Shown: positions 18,194-27,252 of the stretch, piece by piece
Position numbering within the stretch: position 1 is the first letter of the stretch
How the letters are laid out: every line of letters begins with the position of its first letter
NCBI GenBank assembly: GCA_026391915.1
Contig: JAPLCZ010000168.1
Coordinates: 1 to 51,121 of the forward strand
Length of the DNA: 51,121 nt
Reading direction: 5' to 3'
Origin: Bacteroidota bacterium
GTDB lineage: Bacteria; Bacteroidota; Bacteroidia; CAILMK01
Notes under the pieces: generated by a model
The model's input: only the letters and a program-made list of their open reading frames with translations
Told to the model about the DNA's origin: nothing
Database searches by the model: none
Position numbers and translations under genes: made by a program

Positions 18194-18698
18194 AAGAAAT
18201 ATCCTCTTAGCTTTTTTGTTGGCTTTTGTTTTTGCTTCTTGCAAAAAAGAAACTACAGAAAAGAAACAAACGATTGTTTATGACAATGTGATTTATCATG
18301 TGGATACCATTCCTGTTTATAAATCGGCAGCAGAAAAGACAAGACAAAAAACAGCAAACCAATACTATTCAATTCTGTATTCTGATTTATTTCAAAAATC
18401 AATACCTAGTAAAGAATTGGCTGACCTCACTCAACTAAGCTTAAGTATTGGAGATAAAAAATTAGTGAATGAGATGATGATTAAAAACTACCTCATCACT
18501 GCTATTATCCCAACAGATGCTGAGATGCGAAAGGACATTGATAAATTTATCAACCTTACTTATCTGAAGTTTTATCTGCGCAAACCCACACAATTGGAAT
18601 TGTATTTTTTTAGAGATATGATTACCAATGACACCAAAGTTACCCCAACAAATATCTATACCTCTTTCACACTTTCAAACGAATACTTATACTACTAA
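18180..18698 (+). CDS. Lipoprotein, shorter relative of the upstream helical-repeat protein
   Basis: Lipobox FASC; YLKFYLRKPT. Overlaps the upstream gene by 14 nt. Confidence 0.75.
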   Translation: MRAFKRNILLAFLLAFVFASCKKETTEKKQTIVYDNVIYHVDTIPVYKSAAEKTRQKTANQYYSILYSDLFQKSIPSKELADLTQLSLSIGDKKLVNEMMIKNYLITAIIPTDAEMRKDIDKFINLTYLKFYLRKPTQLELYFFRDMITNDTKVTPTNIYTSFTLSNEYLYY

Positions 18699-18702
18699 AC
18701 CC

Positions 18703-20034
18703 ATGAAAAGGAGACAATTTATAAGAACCTCTGCCCTTGCTGCTGCAGGAGTTGTTGTTGCGCCATACATCCTCCCAAGTGGGAGGTTATTTGCCGCGAC
18801 AGGTACGCGCTTAGTGAACCATGTGGTCTTTGTTCTTTTTGGTGGTGGGTTGAGAATTCAGGAAACTGCACTGCAACAATATTTAGCCAATCAGGGGTTG
18901 GCAACACAAGGAAATATCCTCCCTAATTTATTTTCTGGGGCGCAACCTTCTACCAATTTAGTATATAGCAAATGGACTCCTGCCCTCAGCAAACCATTAG
19001 CTAGCTATGGAACTTTGTTTAAGGAAATAAGTTATAAAACAGGCCCTACAGGTCACTTTAATGGGCATACTGTTGCCATGACGGGAAACTACACTAACAC
19101 TCAATTAGACTTAAGAATTAACCCAGACTCACCTACTGTTTTTGAGTATTACCGCAAACATACTGACCCCGCAAAAAGTGCAATAAATGCATGGTGGCTC
19201 TCAGAAGGTTTAGGCCCATACACCGCATTAAACTATAGCCGTCATGCAAATTATGGTGCTGACTTTGGTGCCAATTTTCTTAGCCCTGTAACTACTTTTA
19301 TTGGGCAGGGAAGCAAGTTGGCAAACACTCCCGACTTCCAGGCGGATGATGTTTTGAGGATAGACAAAGCACTAAATTTTTTGGATAATAGCTTTGACAA
19401 AGCAGGTAAAAATTTACCGGGTATTGTAAATAGTGAGGCTGACAAAATCAAGATTGAACAGTTTATAAAAGATACCATTAACAGAACTCAGCAAAGTAAA
19501 ATAAATTTTGCTTTGCCATCAGGGGTTAATCAAAGTGAGCTTACTGGAGACCTGCTAAATATCACTTATTCATGGGAAGTGATAAATGCTTTTGAACCAG
19601 AATTGATGGTAGTAAATACTTTTAATTCGGACATCTGCCACTCTGATTTTTCATCATACATACAGAATATGCATAAGGCAGATTATGGGGTAGGTTGGCT
19701 ATGGAATAAAATCCAGAATCACCCAAAACTAAAGAATGATACCATCATGATTTGTATGCCAGAACATGGCAGAAATGATGTTGCCAATAACCTCTATGAC
19801 AGCAATGGATTAAAGGCTTATGACCACACATCAGATGATAACTCAAGACGTGTTTTTGCTATTGTTGCGGGTCCTTCTTCCGTTGTAAAACAGGGGCAGG
19901 TTTTGGGTAGTGCAGGCAGCCCTGCCGGTGAAACTATTGACATCATCCCTACCATTGCGCACATTTTAGGTTTTGAGAAAGACATCCCAAGCGGTATGCT
20001 TGGCGGCAAAGCTTTAACGGCAGCTTTTAATTAA
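18703..20034 (+). CDS. Tat-exported DUF1501-like / alkaline-phosphatase-superfamily protein
   Basis: Start moved to MKRRQFIR (twin-arginine). Motifs VVFVLFGGG, GHFNG, SDICH, MPEHGR, YDH and IDIIPTI resemble DUF1501/AlkP metal-binding elements. Confidence 0.72.
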   Translation: MKRRQFIRTSALAAAGVVVAPYILPSGRLFAATGTRLVNHVVFVLFGGGLRIQETALQQYLANQGLATQGNILPNLFSGAQPSTNLVYSKWTPALSKPLASYGTLFKEISYKTGPTGHFNGHTVAMTGNYTNTQLDLRINPDSPTVFEYYRKHTDPAKSAINAWWLSEGLGPYTALNYSRHANYGADFGANFLSPVTTFIGQGSKLANTPDFQADDVLRIDKALNFLDNSFDKAGKNLPGIVNSEADKIKIEQFIKDTINRTQQSKINFALPSGVNQSELTGDLLNITYSWEVINAFEPELMVVNTFNSDICHSDFSSYIQNMHKADYGVGWLWNKIQNHPKLKNDTIMICMPEHGRNDVANNLYDSNGLKAYDHTSDDNSRRVFAIVAGPSSVVKQGQVLGSAGSPAGETIDIIPTIAHILGFEKDIPSGMLGGKALTAAFN

Positions 20035-20043
20035 TTTTCAAAG

Positions 20044-21012
20044 ATGAAGAAAAAACAATTATTCTTCTTTGCAATTATTGGATTTGCCATTGCGGTTGCC
20101 TGCAATAAAAAGGAAACTGTTGATAAAGGAACTACCAAAGGCACATTGCCCATCAACCCTTATGACACCATTCACCCAACCTATCGCCCACCTGTAGATG
20201 TGAAATTGGATACCTCTACCATTGCCGGATTACATGCCTATATCTTTAGTAAAAAATGTGCAATGCCAGCCTGCCATGATGGTGCTTTTGAACCTGATTT
20301 CCGCACTGTGGAATCTTCTTACAACACCCTTGTTTACCATAAACCCGTAAAATATGATTGGGCAGGGAAACGCTATAGTTACCGTGTTTATCCATTATTG
20401 CCTGATAGCAGTTGGCTGCATGTGCGGGTAACTACTGACGATAAAGTTTTGGGAAGAATGCCTCTTTATGCTAACGCCCTTACCCAAAAAGAAGTGGACG
20501 CTATAGACCGTTGGATTAAAAATGGGGCAAGAGATTTTCTTGGAAACTCACCTGCCATCCCAAACTATGAGCCGACCATTTATGGTGTTTATGCCGAGTT
20601 GCCTGATGCCAAAAATTACAGGGTAGATACCATAAGAGGCAAGGTGCCCATCTATCCTTTTTACATCCCCAAAAACACAAACGTAACCATGTACTTCTGT
20701 ATTTACGATGACAAAACATTGCCCTATTTTTTAACTTATAATAAGATAAAATTCTCCACCTCTCCCACAGATTTTAGCAATGCAATAACCAAGGATTTAA
20801 CCTTTCTCACAACACCAGTTACCTTGCCTGTATATAATAATGTGAAAGTGCCTTTTTACTTTTCTATAAAGATAAACACCAACCTCTTTAAGCCTGGAGA
20901 TTTAGTATATATGCGCTATTATGTTAAAGATGCTGACCATAGTTCGCCATCCGAATTACCGGCAAATGCTTATCTCATGCAATCCTATTTTTCATTTCAA
21001 GTTGGGAATTAA
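20044..21012 (+). CDS. Lipoprotein with Planctomycete-type cytochrome c-like domain plus beta-rich C-domain
   Basis: Lipobox AVAC; CAMPACH (CxxxxCH), GRMP, and LTQKEVDAIDRWIKNGA. Confidence 0.72.
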   Translation: MKKKQLFFFAIIGFAIAVACNKKETVDKGTTKGTLPINPYDTIHPTYRPPVDVKLDTSTIAGLHAYIFSKKCAMPACHDGAFEPDFRTVESSYNTLVYHKPVKYDWAGKRYSYRVYPLLPDSSWLHVRVTTDDKVLGRMPLYANALTQKEVDAIDRWIKNGARDFLGNSPAIPNYEPTIYGVYAELPDAKNYRVDTIRGKVPIYPFYIPKNTNVTMYFCIYDDKTLPYFLTYNKIKFSTSPTDFSNAITKDLTFLTTPVTLPVYNNVKVPFYFSIKINTNLFKPGDLVYMRYYVKDADHSSPSELPANAYLMQSYFSFQVGN

Positions 21013-21025
21013 AACATTCACGCAA

Positions 21026-21045
21026 TCCCGAAACTTCGGGACTTT
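21026..21045. repeat. Short REP-like palindrome
   Basis: aatcccgaaacttcgggact. A related cccgaa/ttcgg hairpin lies near 47494-47508. Confidence 0.5.
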
Positions 21046-21071
21046 AACTGCTTAGAAAACCTGATATTATT

Positions 21072-21608
21072 ATGAGAAATAAAATTAACCCAAATACAGA
21101 TAAATTGACATCGGAGTACAAGTCCCCTTCAGGGGATTTAGGGGTATTAATTTTTACCCTTTTTCTCTTAAGCATTTTGCTAAACTCCTGCACAAAAGAG
21201 GAGAAAACCATCAACACAGAAACGGATAAAAAACCTGCCCCTAGCATTACCCCAACTATTAGTTTGCAGTCTGTCAATCCAACCACAGTAGTACAGTTTA
21301 AAGACTCCATCATATTCAATATTAAATATAATGATGGTGATGGAGATATTGGTTTTGCAGAGGCTGATAGCAACACTCTTTACCTTACCGATACAAGAAA
21401 AAATCTCACTGAGGAATACCATATTGCGCCTGTTGCACCTATTGGCGTTAAGATATCTGTAGAGGGTATTTTAAGAATAAAACTTGAACACACGATACTA
21501 CTTTCAGGTACTACTCAAGAAACAACTACCTACACAATAAAGTTGCGTGACCGTAGCGGACATTTTAGTAATCTTATCACCTCGCCAACTATTACGGTCA
21601 ATCCATAA
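21072..21608 (+). CDS. Hypothetical lipoprotein (beta-rich)
   Basis: LLNSC lipobox and a DGDGDIG motif. Last gene of the co-oriented cluster. Confidence 0.78.
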   Translation: MRNKINPNTDKLTSEYKSPSGDLGVLIFTLFLLSILLNSCTKEEKTINTETDKKPAPSITPTISLQSVNPTTVVQFKDSIIFNIKYNDGDGDIGFAEADSNTLYLTDTRKNLTEEYHIAPVAPIGVKISVEGILRIKLEHTILLSGTTQETTTYTIKLRDRSGHFSNLITSPTITVNP

Positions 21609-21621
21609 AATCTTCAGGATT

Positions 21622-22596
21622 CTAAAGTAGTTTTATCTCTCCAAAATCAATCCCATTCATGCACTTAAAATGACCTTTGGGGCAGCTATCAAAACCAATT
21701 TTGCTACAAGGGCGGCAGCTAAGGTTTTCAACCTCTAAAATTTGAGATTGTGCTGCTAAGTCCTTATGTTTTTCACCATAATAAGGGTACATACCAAAGG
21801 CTGGAATGGTGCTTCCCCAAATTGAAATGATTGGTTTTTTAAAAGCGGAAGCAATATGCATAAGACCGGTATCATGGGTGATGACGATGCCGGCATTCTT
21901 TACCAATAAAGCAGATTGGTTGAGGTTAATTTTACCACAATAATTGATGATTTTTTCTGGAAATAAAGAATTGAGCTTCTCCCCAATTTCAATTTCTTCT
22001 TTGCCGCCAAGTAGCACAATATTATGGTTGATGTTTTTGCAGAGTTCTTCAAGCTTATTAAAGGGTAGGCGCTTAGTGGCGTGCTTAGCTCCAAGCACAA
22101 GGGCTGTATATTTCCCATGCTCATGGGGCGGGTTAAAATCATAGATTTCATTTTGCCAGATGAAATAATCCAACCCATGTCCATCATTGGTAATTTGTAG
22201 TTTGGCAATGCCATCAAAAAAGCGGTTAACGATATGTTTGTTGGGCAGTAGATGGAGTTTCAAATTCACTTTTATCCATTTGGCAAAATTGATTTTATCA
22301 AAAGAAAAAGAAGGTTTTCCCAAAGCTCTTTTAACCAAAACAGAACGGAGGTTTTTGTGCAAATCAATTACGTAATCAAAGTTTTCTGCTTTGAGGTCAG
22401 GGAGCATTTCCTTTACCTCATGCTGCATTAAATGGAACTTATCAATGTACGGATTACCAGCCAGCACAGGGTGAAATTGCACTTTGGTGAGGTAATGAAT
22501 TTCGGCATCTGGGTATTTATTTTTGATGCAACGGATAACAGGTGTTGTAAGCACAACATCCCCAATGGAACTAAACCTGATGATTAAAAATTTCAT
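21622..22596 (-). CDS. Glycosyltransferase family 9 (heptosyltransferase-like)
   Basis: IIRFSSIGDVVL, HDTGLMHIA, WGST, CRPC..CPKGHFKCM. Confidence 0.93.
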   Translation of the reverse strand: MKFLIIRFSSIGDVVLTTPVIRCIKNKYPDAEIHYLTKVQFHPVLAGNPYIDKFHLMQHEVKEMLPDLKAENFDYVIDLHKNLRSVLVKRALGKPSFSFDKINFAKWIKVNLKLHLLPNKHIVNRFFDGIAKLQITNDGHGLDYFIWQNEIYDFNPPHEHGKYTALVLGAKHATKRLPFNKLEELCKNINHNIVLLGGKEEIEIGEKLNSLFPEKIINYCGKINLNQSALLVKNAGIVITHDTGLMHIASAFKKPIISIWGSTIPAFGMYPYYGEKHKDLAAQSQILEVENLSCRPCSKIGFDSCPKGHFKCMNGIDFGEIKLL

Positions 22597-24257
22597 AAAC
22601 TAAGGGTTCTTTTACGGTTAAAAATTTCTGTGATTTCGTGGAGGGGCTTGGTGTTTAAAACCATCTCTTTAGTAACCCCAGCTTTGCGTGCTGTGAGTAC
22701 ACCAAAATACATAAAGTCTATTTGGTCATCATCATGCGCATCAGGGTTGATGGAAATCATCACACCTTTATCCATACAGTATCTTAACCAAGTCCAGTCA
22801 ATATCCATACGGCGTGGGTTGGCATTTAATTCCATCACTACACCATTGGCAGCGCAGGCATCAATTATCATTTTATGATTAACAGGATAGGCTTGCCTTT
22901 GCAAAAGCAGCCTGCCCGTCATGTGCCCAAGGATGGTGGTGTAGGGGTTTTCAATGGCTTTGATTAATCGCTTAGTGGCTGCGGCTTCCGTCATTTTTAA
23001 ATTGGAATGGATGGAGGCAACCACAAAGTCAAATCGCTTTAAAATATCATCTTCATAATCCAATTCTCCAGTGTTGAGGATGTCGGATTCAATCCCTTTA
23101 AACAGTATAAAATTATTGTAAGTTTTGTTGAGTTCGTCAATCTCCTCCCATTGTTTAAACACATTATAAGGTTGCATTCCCTTGGCATAAAAAGCAGATT
23201 GGGAGTGGTCGCTAATCCCGAAATATTCATAGCCTTTGTCAATGCAATAGTTCGCCATTTGGCGTACTGTTTTTGCCCCGTCACTATAAGTGCTGTGGTT
23301 GTGAAGGCAACCCATAAGGTCAGCATTTTTAATGATTTTGCTTTCGTGAATTCCATGCATCACATCAAACTCATCCAGCCCTTCACGCATCTCAGGGATG
23401 ATAAAAGGGAGATTGTTTTTTAAATAAATCTCACTCTCTGAAGACACATTTTTATAGGTTTCAGGATTGATTTTTTTAAGGTGTTGTGCATGACCTGTAG
23501 TTTCAAATAACCTCCCTACCCAATCTTTATAATTGCTTGTATAAAAATTAACTGGCATCCCCAAACCAATAGTTTTTATTTGATTTTTTTCTTTCTTTAA
23601 CACATTAGTTTTCTCCACCAATTCATCAAGATTAAAGTCTTCATCCACCTCTATTAAAAACTCAATCTTATCCAGCACTGGGCATTTTCTGCGTATGCCA
23701 CCTGTTGGTTCTATGCGTTTTATTTCAGGTAAATTTTTGATGGCATCAATAATAAAATCCGCTTCTATTTCTGCCTCCATATAAAGGCATTTGCCAAGGC
23801 TCTCAAAATAAAACTCCAATACCTCTTGTATGTTCTCCTGAGTTTTTGCCCCGAACCCTTTTAAGTCTTCAAGCAATCCCTCTTTGCAAGCATCAAGGGC
23901 TTCATCCGGTGAAGTAATATCTAACTCCTTCCACATTTGGGTTGCTTTTTTGGCACCAATGCCTCTTATGTTTAATAAGATTACCACACCTTTGGGGGTG
24001 GTTTGCAGCAGTTGGTCAAGCTCATCATAGCTACCACGTTCTTTTATTTGCACCAGCTTTTTTACCAGAGTTTTTCCAATGCCATCTACCTTTTCCATTT
24101 GCTCTTCTGTGAGTGAGAGAATCGGTGTGTGGAATTGTTTTATCCGTGTGGCGGCATTCTCATAGGCTTTGGTTTTAAAACTATTTTCCCCATGCAGCTC
24201 CAGCAGTTGCCCACCCAACTTTATCATACTTGCTATTTTGCGATTATTCAGTTCCAT
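22593..24257 (-). CDS. polX: DNA polymerase X/PHP-domain protein, non-canonical polymerase site
   Basis: HhH N-terminus (GENSFKTKAY, GIGAKK, GFGAKT) and PHP motifs LHNHSTYSDG, DHS, GIESDI, GHMTGR, NPDAH. ATGA overlap with GT9. Confidence 0.93.
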   Translation of the reverse strand: MELNNRKIASMIKLGGQLLELHGENSFKTKAYENAATRIKQFHTPILSLTEEQMEKVDGIGKTLVKKLVQIKERGSYDELDQLLQTTPKGVVILLNIRGIGAKKATQMWKELDITSPDEALDACKEGLLEDLKGFGAKTQENIQEVLEFYFESLGKCLYMEAEIEADFIIDAIKNLPEIKRIEPTGGIRRKCPVLDKIEFLIEVDEDFNLDELVEKTNVLKKEKNQIKTIGLGMPVNFYTSNYKDWVGRLFETTGHAQHLKKINPETYKNVSSESEIYLKNNLPFIIPEMREGLDEFDVMHGIHESKIIKNADLMGCLHNHSTYSDGAKTVRQMANYCIDKGYEYFGISDHSQSAFYAKGMQPYNVFKQWEEIDELNKTYNNFILFKGIESDILNTGELDYEDDILKRFDFVVASIHSNLKMTEAAATKRLIKAIENPYTTILGHMTGRLLLQRQAYPVNHKMIIDACAANGVVMELNANPRRMDIDWTWLRYCMDKGVMISINPDAHDDDQIDFMYFGVLTARKAGVTKEMVLNTKPLHEITEIFNRKRTLSL

Positions 24258-24273
24258 GGCAGCAAATTAAAAT

Positions 24274-24306
24274 AAAAAAAGGGAATCTTACGGGATTCCC
24301 TTTTTT
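24274..24306 (-). terminator. Rho-independent terminator
   Basis: A7-gggaatc...gattccc-T6. Confidence 0.8.
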
Positions 24307-24339
24307 AGCCAAACATAACACATAAAAATCTACACTATC

Positions 24340-24687
24340 TTATTGAAGCAATTTACCGTTATTATAGGTTTCGGTTTTGGTTTGTGTACCTGCTTCATCA
24401 TAATATTTCCAAACGCCGTGCTTATTGTCTTCACGGTATTGCCCTGATATTTTCAGCTTCCCACTTTCATAATAATAAAAATACGGACCTTGTTTTACTT
24501 TGCTGGCAGCACCTTTATCAGTAGGGTTGCTGGGGTCAAACTTCATACTGGATTTAAATTGATAAATCTCTTTTAGTTTGGTTTTGTTTTTATCATAATA
24601 TGTTTTGCCACTGGCATCTGGTTGTTGCGCAAAAGCAACAGCGGCACAAAACAAAACAGCAGATAAAAGGGTGATAGTTTTTTTCAT
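24340..24687 (-). CDS. Small secreted MORN-variant (YwqK-like) protein
   Basis: Start reassigned to MKKTITLL (signal peptide); YYYESGKLK and GVWKYYDEAG. Confidence 0.8.
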   Translation of the reverse strand: MKKTITLLSAVLFCAAVAFAQQPDASGKTYYDKNKTKLKEIYQFKSSMKFDPSNPTDKGAASKVKQGPYFYYYESGKLKISGQYREDNKHGVWKYYDEAGTQTKTETYNNGKLLQ

Positions 24688-24821
24688 AATTGTATTAATG
24701 ATATTGGGCAGTTTCCAAATATGTTGCCAAAGGTGATAGGGAAGATATCTCTTTGTTTTTCCACTAGACTTTAACCTAAAAAGATCAGTAGAAATAGAGT
24801 AGTAAATCTTCAACCCCAAAC

Positions 24822-24849
24822 AAAAAACCCCCACCAAATGGTGAGGGTT
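24822..24849 (-). terminator. Terminator of 24873-26387
   Basis: aacccccacca-aa-tggtgagggtt imperfect stem with an A-run. Confidence 0.6.
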
Positions 24850-24872
24850 CCTTATTAAAATTTGTTATTACT

Positions 24873-26387
24873 TTATTGTTTAATAATCTTTGTACTCACT
24901 GTGGTTTCTGCGGTAGAATAGTTCAATAGATACATCCCTTTTGGCAAGGATGAAACATCAACAGAAAAGAAATTTTCTCCGCCAATAATATTATATGAAA
25001 GCACTACCTTGCCAGTGATATCCTGTACTCTGATCACACCGCTTTTAGTGGGGTTATTAAATTGGATATTCAACAGATTGCTTACAGGATTTGGGTAGGT
25101 TGCCATCCCATTAGTTTTCAAGATTTCTTCAATAGAAACCGTGCTATAGCCATAGGCAACTTTAAATATATTTTGCAACCGCTTAGCCTGCTGGATTTGC
25201 AATTCAGATGTTACTACATCCTTATTGGCATTAAAGGTTTTGTTCCACTTAACAGCCATTATAAAAGTTGCTTTTGGGTATAGCACATATACCGCCTCCC
25301 TCTTTAAAGATTTATCAGCATGATAGGTGGATGAATCAACAAATAAATCAATGTATTTAACCCCTGCCCATTGCTCTGTAGTTTCAACATTTTTTAATGT
25401 ATCGGTAGTATAGGTTCTAGTGATTCTGCGGTTTTGAAGCCATTGGCTACTGGTGCTATCATAAAGATAATCTACATAGGATATATATTTACCACCCCCC
25501 ACTAACATTGCAGAATTACTGAAATAGGAGGTTAAGTCAAAGATAGCAAGCACAGGATTCACCTGAGTGGCATCAAAAACCTTCCAGCTTATCCCTGCAA
25601 AACTATCCACTGCTCCTTGGGTATTACTAACAATTACGGCATCACTTATTTTGCCTGAGGTATAGTAATATGTATGTTGTTCATCCACTATAAATTTATT
25701 AGCAGCGCTATCCCAATGGGTAACCTGCGCGCCAGAGACATTGCCAGAGCCGTTATAGGTATACACATTTTTATCCTGACTTTTTACTGCCCAATTGCTG
25801 CCCACTTTTATTTCTGTTTTAGCGCCTTCATAGTTTCCTTTGCTATCATAGTTATAAGATATTTTTTTGTCATCAAGCCAGGCAGAGCCACTCCACATTT
25901 GCGTGAGTTCTTCGGTTACTTGGTCCTTGGCATTAAGGGTTCTTAGCACCTTAGATGAATCCGTCCACACACCACTTACTTTGTTTTGATGCACCTCAGT
26001 AGTTGCCATAAAATTTACCCCAGCGATATTAAGCACACCATTTATGCTTCTGCCAGAGGTTTCTTTTTTAATGCCCGTACCAATAGATTTATCTTTTTGT
26101 TTGCCATTAGCCAAGCCATAGCCCACAAAATTATCCGGTATGCTGCCGGTGGTGTAGTTCAGCGTGCCTTTGCCACTGGTATCCCACTTTTGGCTGGTGG
26201 TATCCCAGCTAAAAAAAGCAAGGCTTGTGATTTTACCTGCACCCATACTTTGGGTAGCAGTGATAATGTAGGGTTTCCCCATTTTGGAGAAATTAACTCC
26301 ATTAGGGGCATTGAGTTTTAATTGGGCATTTGCCGCAAAAGCAAATAAGCCAACCAAAGTGCTGAGCAGTAAAAATTTTCTTTTCAT
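24873..26387 (-). CDS. T9SS type-A sorting domain protein with Trp-rich beta repeats
   Basis: Signal peptide; WDTTSQKW, WSGSAW and WDSAANKF repeats; CTD YPNP..GMYLL..KIIKQ. Confidence 0.9.
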   Translation of the reverse strand: MKRKFLLLSTLVGLFAFAANAQLKLNAPNGVNFSKMGKPYIITATQSMGAGKITSLAFFSWDTTSQKWDTSGKGTLNYTTGSIPDNFVGYGLANGKQKDKSIGTGIKKETSGRSINGVLNIAGVNFMATTEVHQNKVSGVWTDSSKVLRTLNAKDQVTEELTQMWSGSAWLDDKKISYNYDSKGNYEGAKTEIKVGSNWAVKSQDKNVYTYNGSGNVSGAQVTHWDSAANKFIVDEQHTYYYTSGKISDAVIVSNTQGAVDSFAGISWKVFDATQVNPVLAIFDLTSYFSNSAMLVGGGKYISYVDYLYDSTSSQWLQNRRITRTYTTDTLKNVETTEQWAGVKYIDLFVDSSTYHADKSLKREAVYVLYPKATFIMAVKWNKTFNANKDVVTSELQIQQAKRLQNIFKVAYGYSTVSIEEILKTNGMATYPNPVSNLLNIQFNNPTKSGVIRVQDITGKVVLSYNIIGGENFFSVDVSSLPKGMYLLNYSTAETTVSTKIIKQ

Positions 26388-26460
26388 GTTTGTAGATTTA
26401 GTTATTTAGGCAAAGATAGATTAGAAAATGTTAAGATTAAAAGATGTAAAAAAGGATTGC

Positions 26461-26762
26461 AAATCCCGACCAGCGGAAAAATTTCCGCCACCCACCTAAA
26501 ACTGCTATGCCCCCACCAAAAACTGACAAAGTTGCCGGGAAAAACACAACTGGGCTTGAGAAAAACACAACTGGGCAAGGAAAAATGCCAATGTGGCAGA
26601 GGGAAAGCATAACTGGGCACAACAAGAAAATAACTGGGGGCGGGGAAACTACAACTGCCATTAGGAAAAAGCTAACGAGGCAAGTGAAAAGCACAACTGG
26701 GCTTGCCACCCCAAAAACAGTACTTGCACAAACCTCAAAAAGTATCACGCTGGTCGGGATTT
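26461..26762. repeat. 302-bp element: 15-bp perfect inverted repeats enclosing eight degenerate 21-bp tandem units
   Basis: aaatcccgaccagcg (26461) and cgctggtcgggattt (26748). Units span 26537-26704, consensus approximately ggaaaaacacaactgggc. Confidence 0.8.
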
Positions 26763-26878
26763 AATTAATCCCGTCCTTTTTACTGTAAGGATTTGTAATC
26801 AGTTTTAAATAAACGCCCCAGTTTGTCATACCCCAATAGTCTGTGTTTATAACGCATAACACAACAGCCTTTTCAATC

Positions 26879-27229
26879 CTACTTCTCATTCACCCCATCC
26901 CGCTGGCAGCAGGCAGGTAGTTTATCATACGCCTTTTTATTTGCCTTCACCTCATCGGCATCATACCCCACTTTGGCAATGGCGTTTTTTATTTTTTCGG
27001 GGGAGGTTTTATCCTTTTTGTAATACACGGTTACCACTTTTGTTTTCATATCAAGGTTGGTGGATTTCACGCCCTTTTCGTAGCTCAATGCACCTTCAAT
27101 TCTTTCTTTGCAATCATTGCAAATGGCGGTGGTTTTTATTTTAATGCTATCCATCCCCGCTTTGTTTTTTTGGGCAGATAGTAGCAGTGTTTGCAATATC
27201 AATAATGTAGTAATGATAAGAGTTTTCAT
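26879..27229 (-). CDS. Secreted heavy-metal-associated (HMA) domain protein
   Basis: Signal peptide, TAICNDCKERIE, and C-terminal LPACCQR. Confidence 0.9.
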   Translation of the reverse strand: MKTLIITTLLILQTLLLSAQKNKAGMDSIKIKTTAICNDCKERIEGALSYEKGVKSTNLDMKTKVVTVYYKKDKTSPEKIKNAIAKVGYDADEVKANKKAYDKLPACCQRDGVNEK

Positions 27230-27252
27230 GATGTTGTATTTATTGTTTTTTG

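Noticed and set aside
26402-26748. Minus-strand ORFs 26402-26620 and 26437-26748
   Set aside because: Antisense translations of the 21-bp array; the hydrophobicity reflects T-rich sequence.
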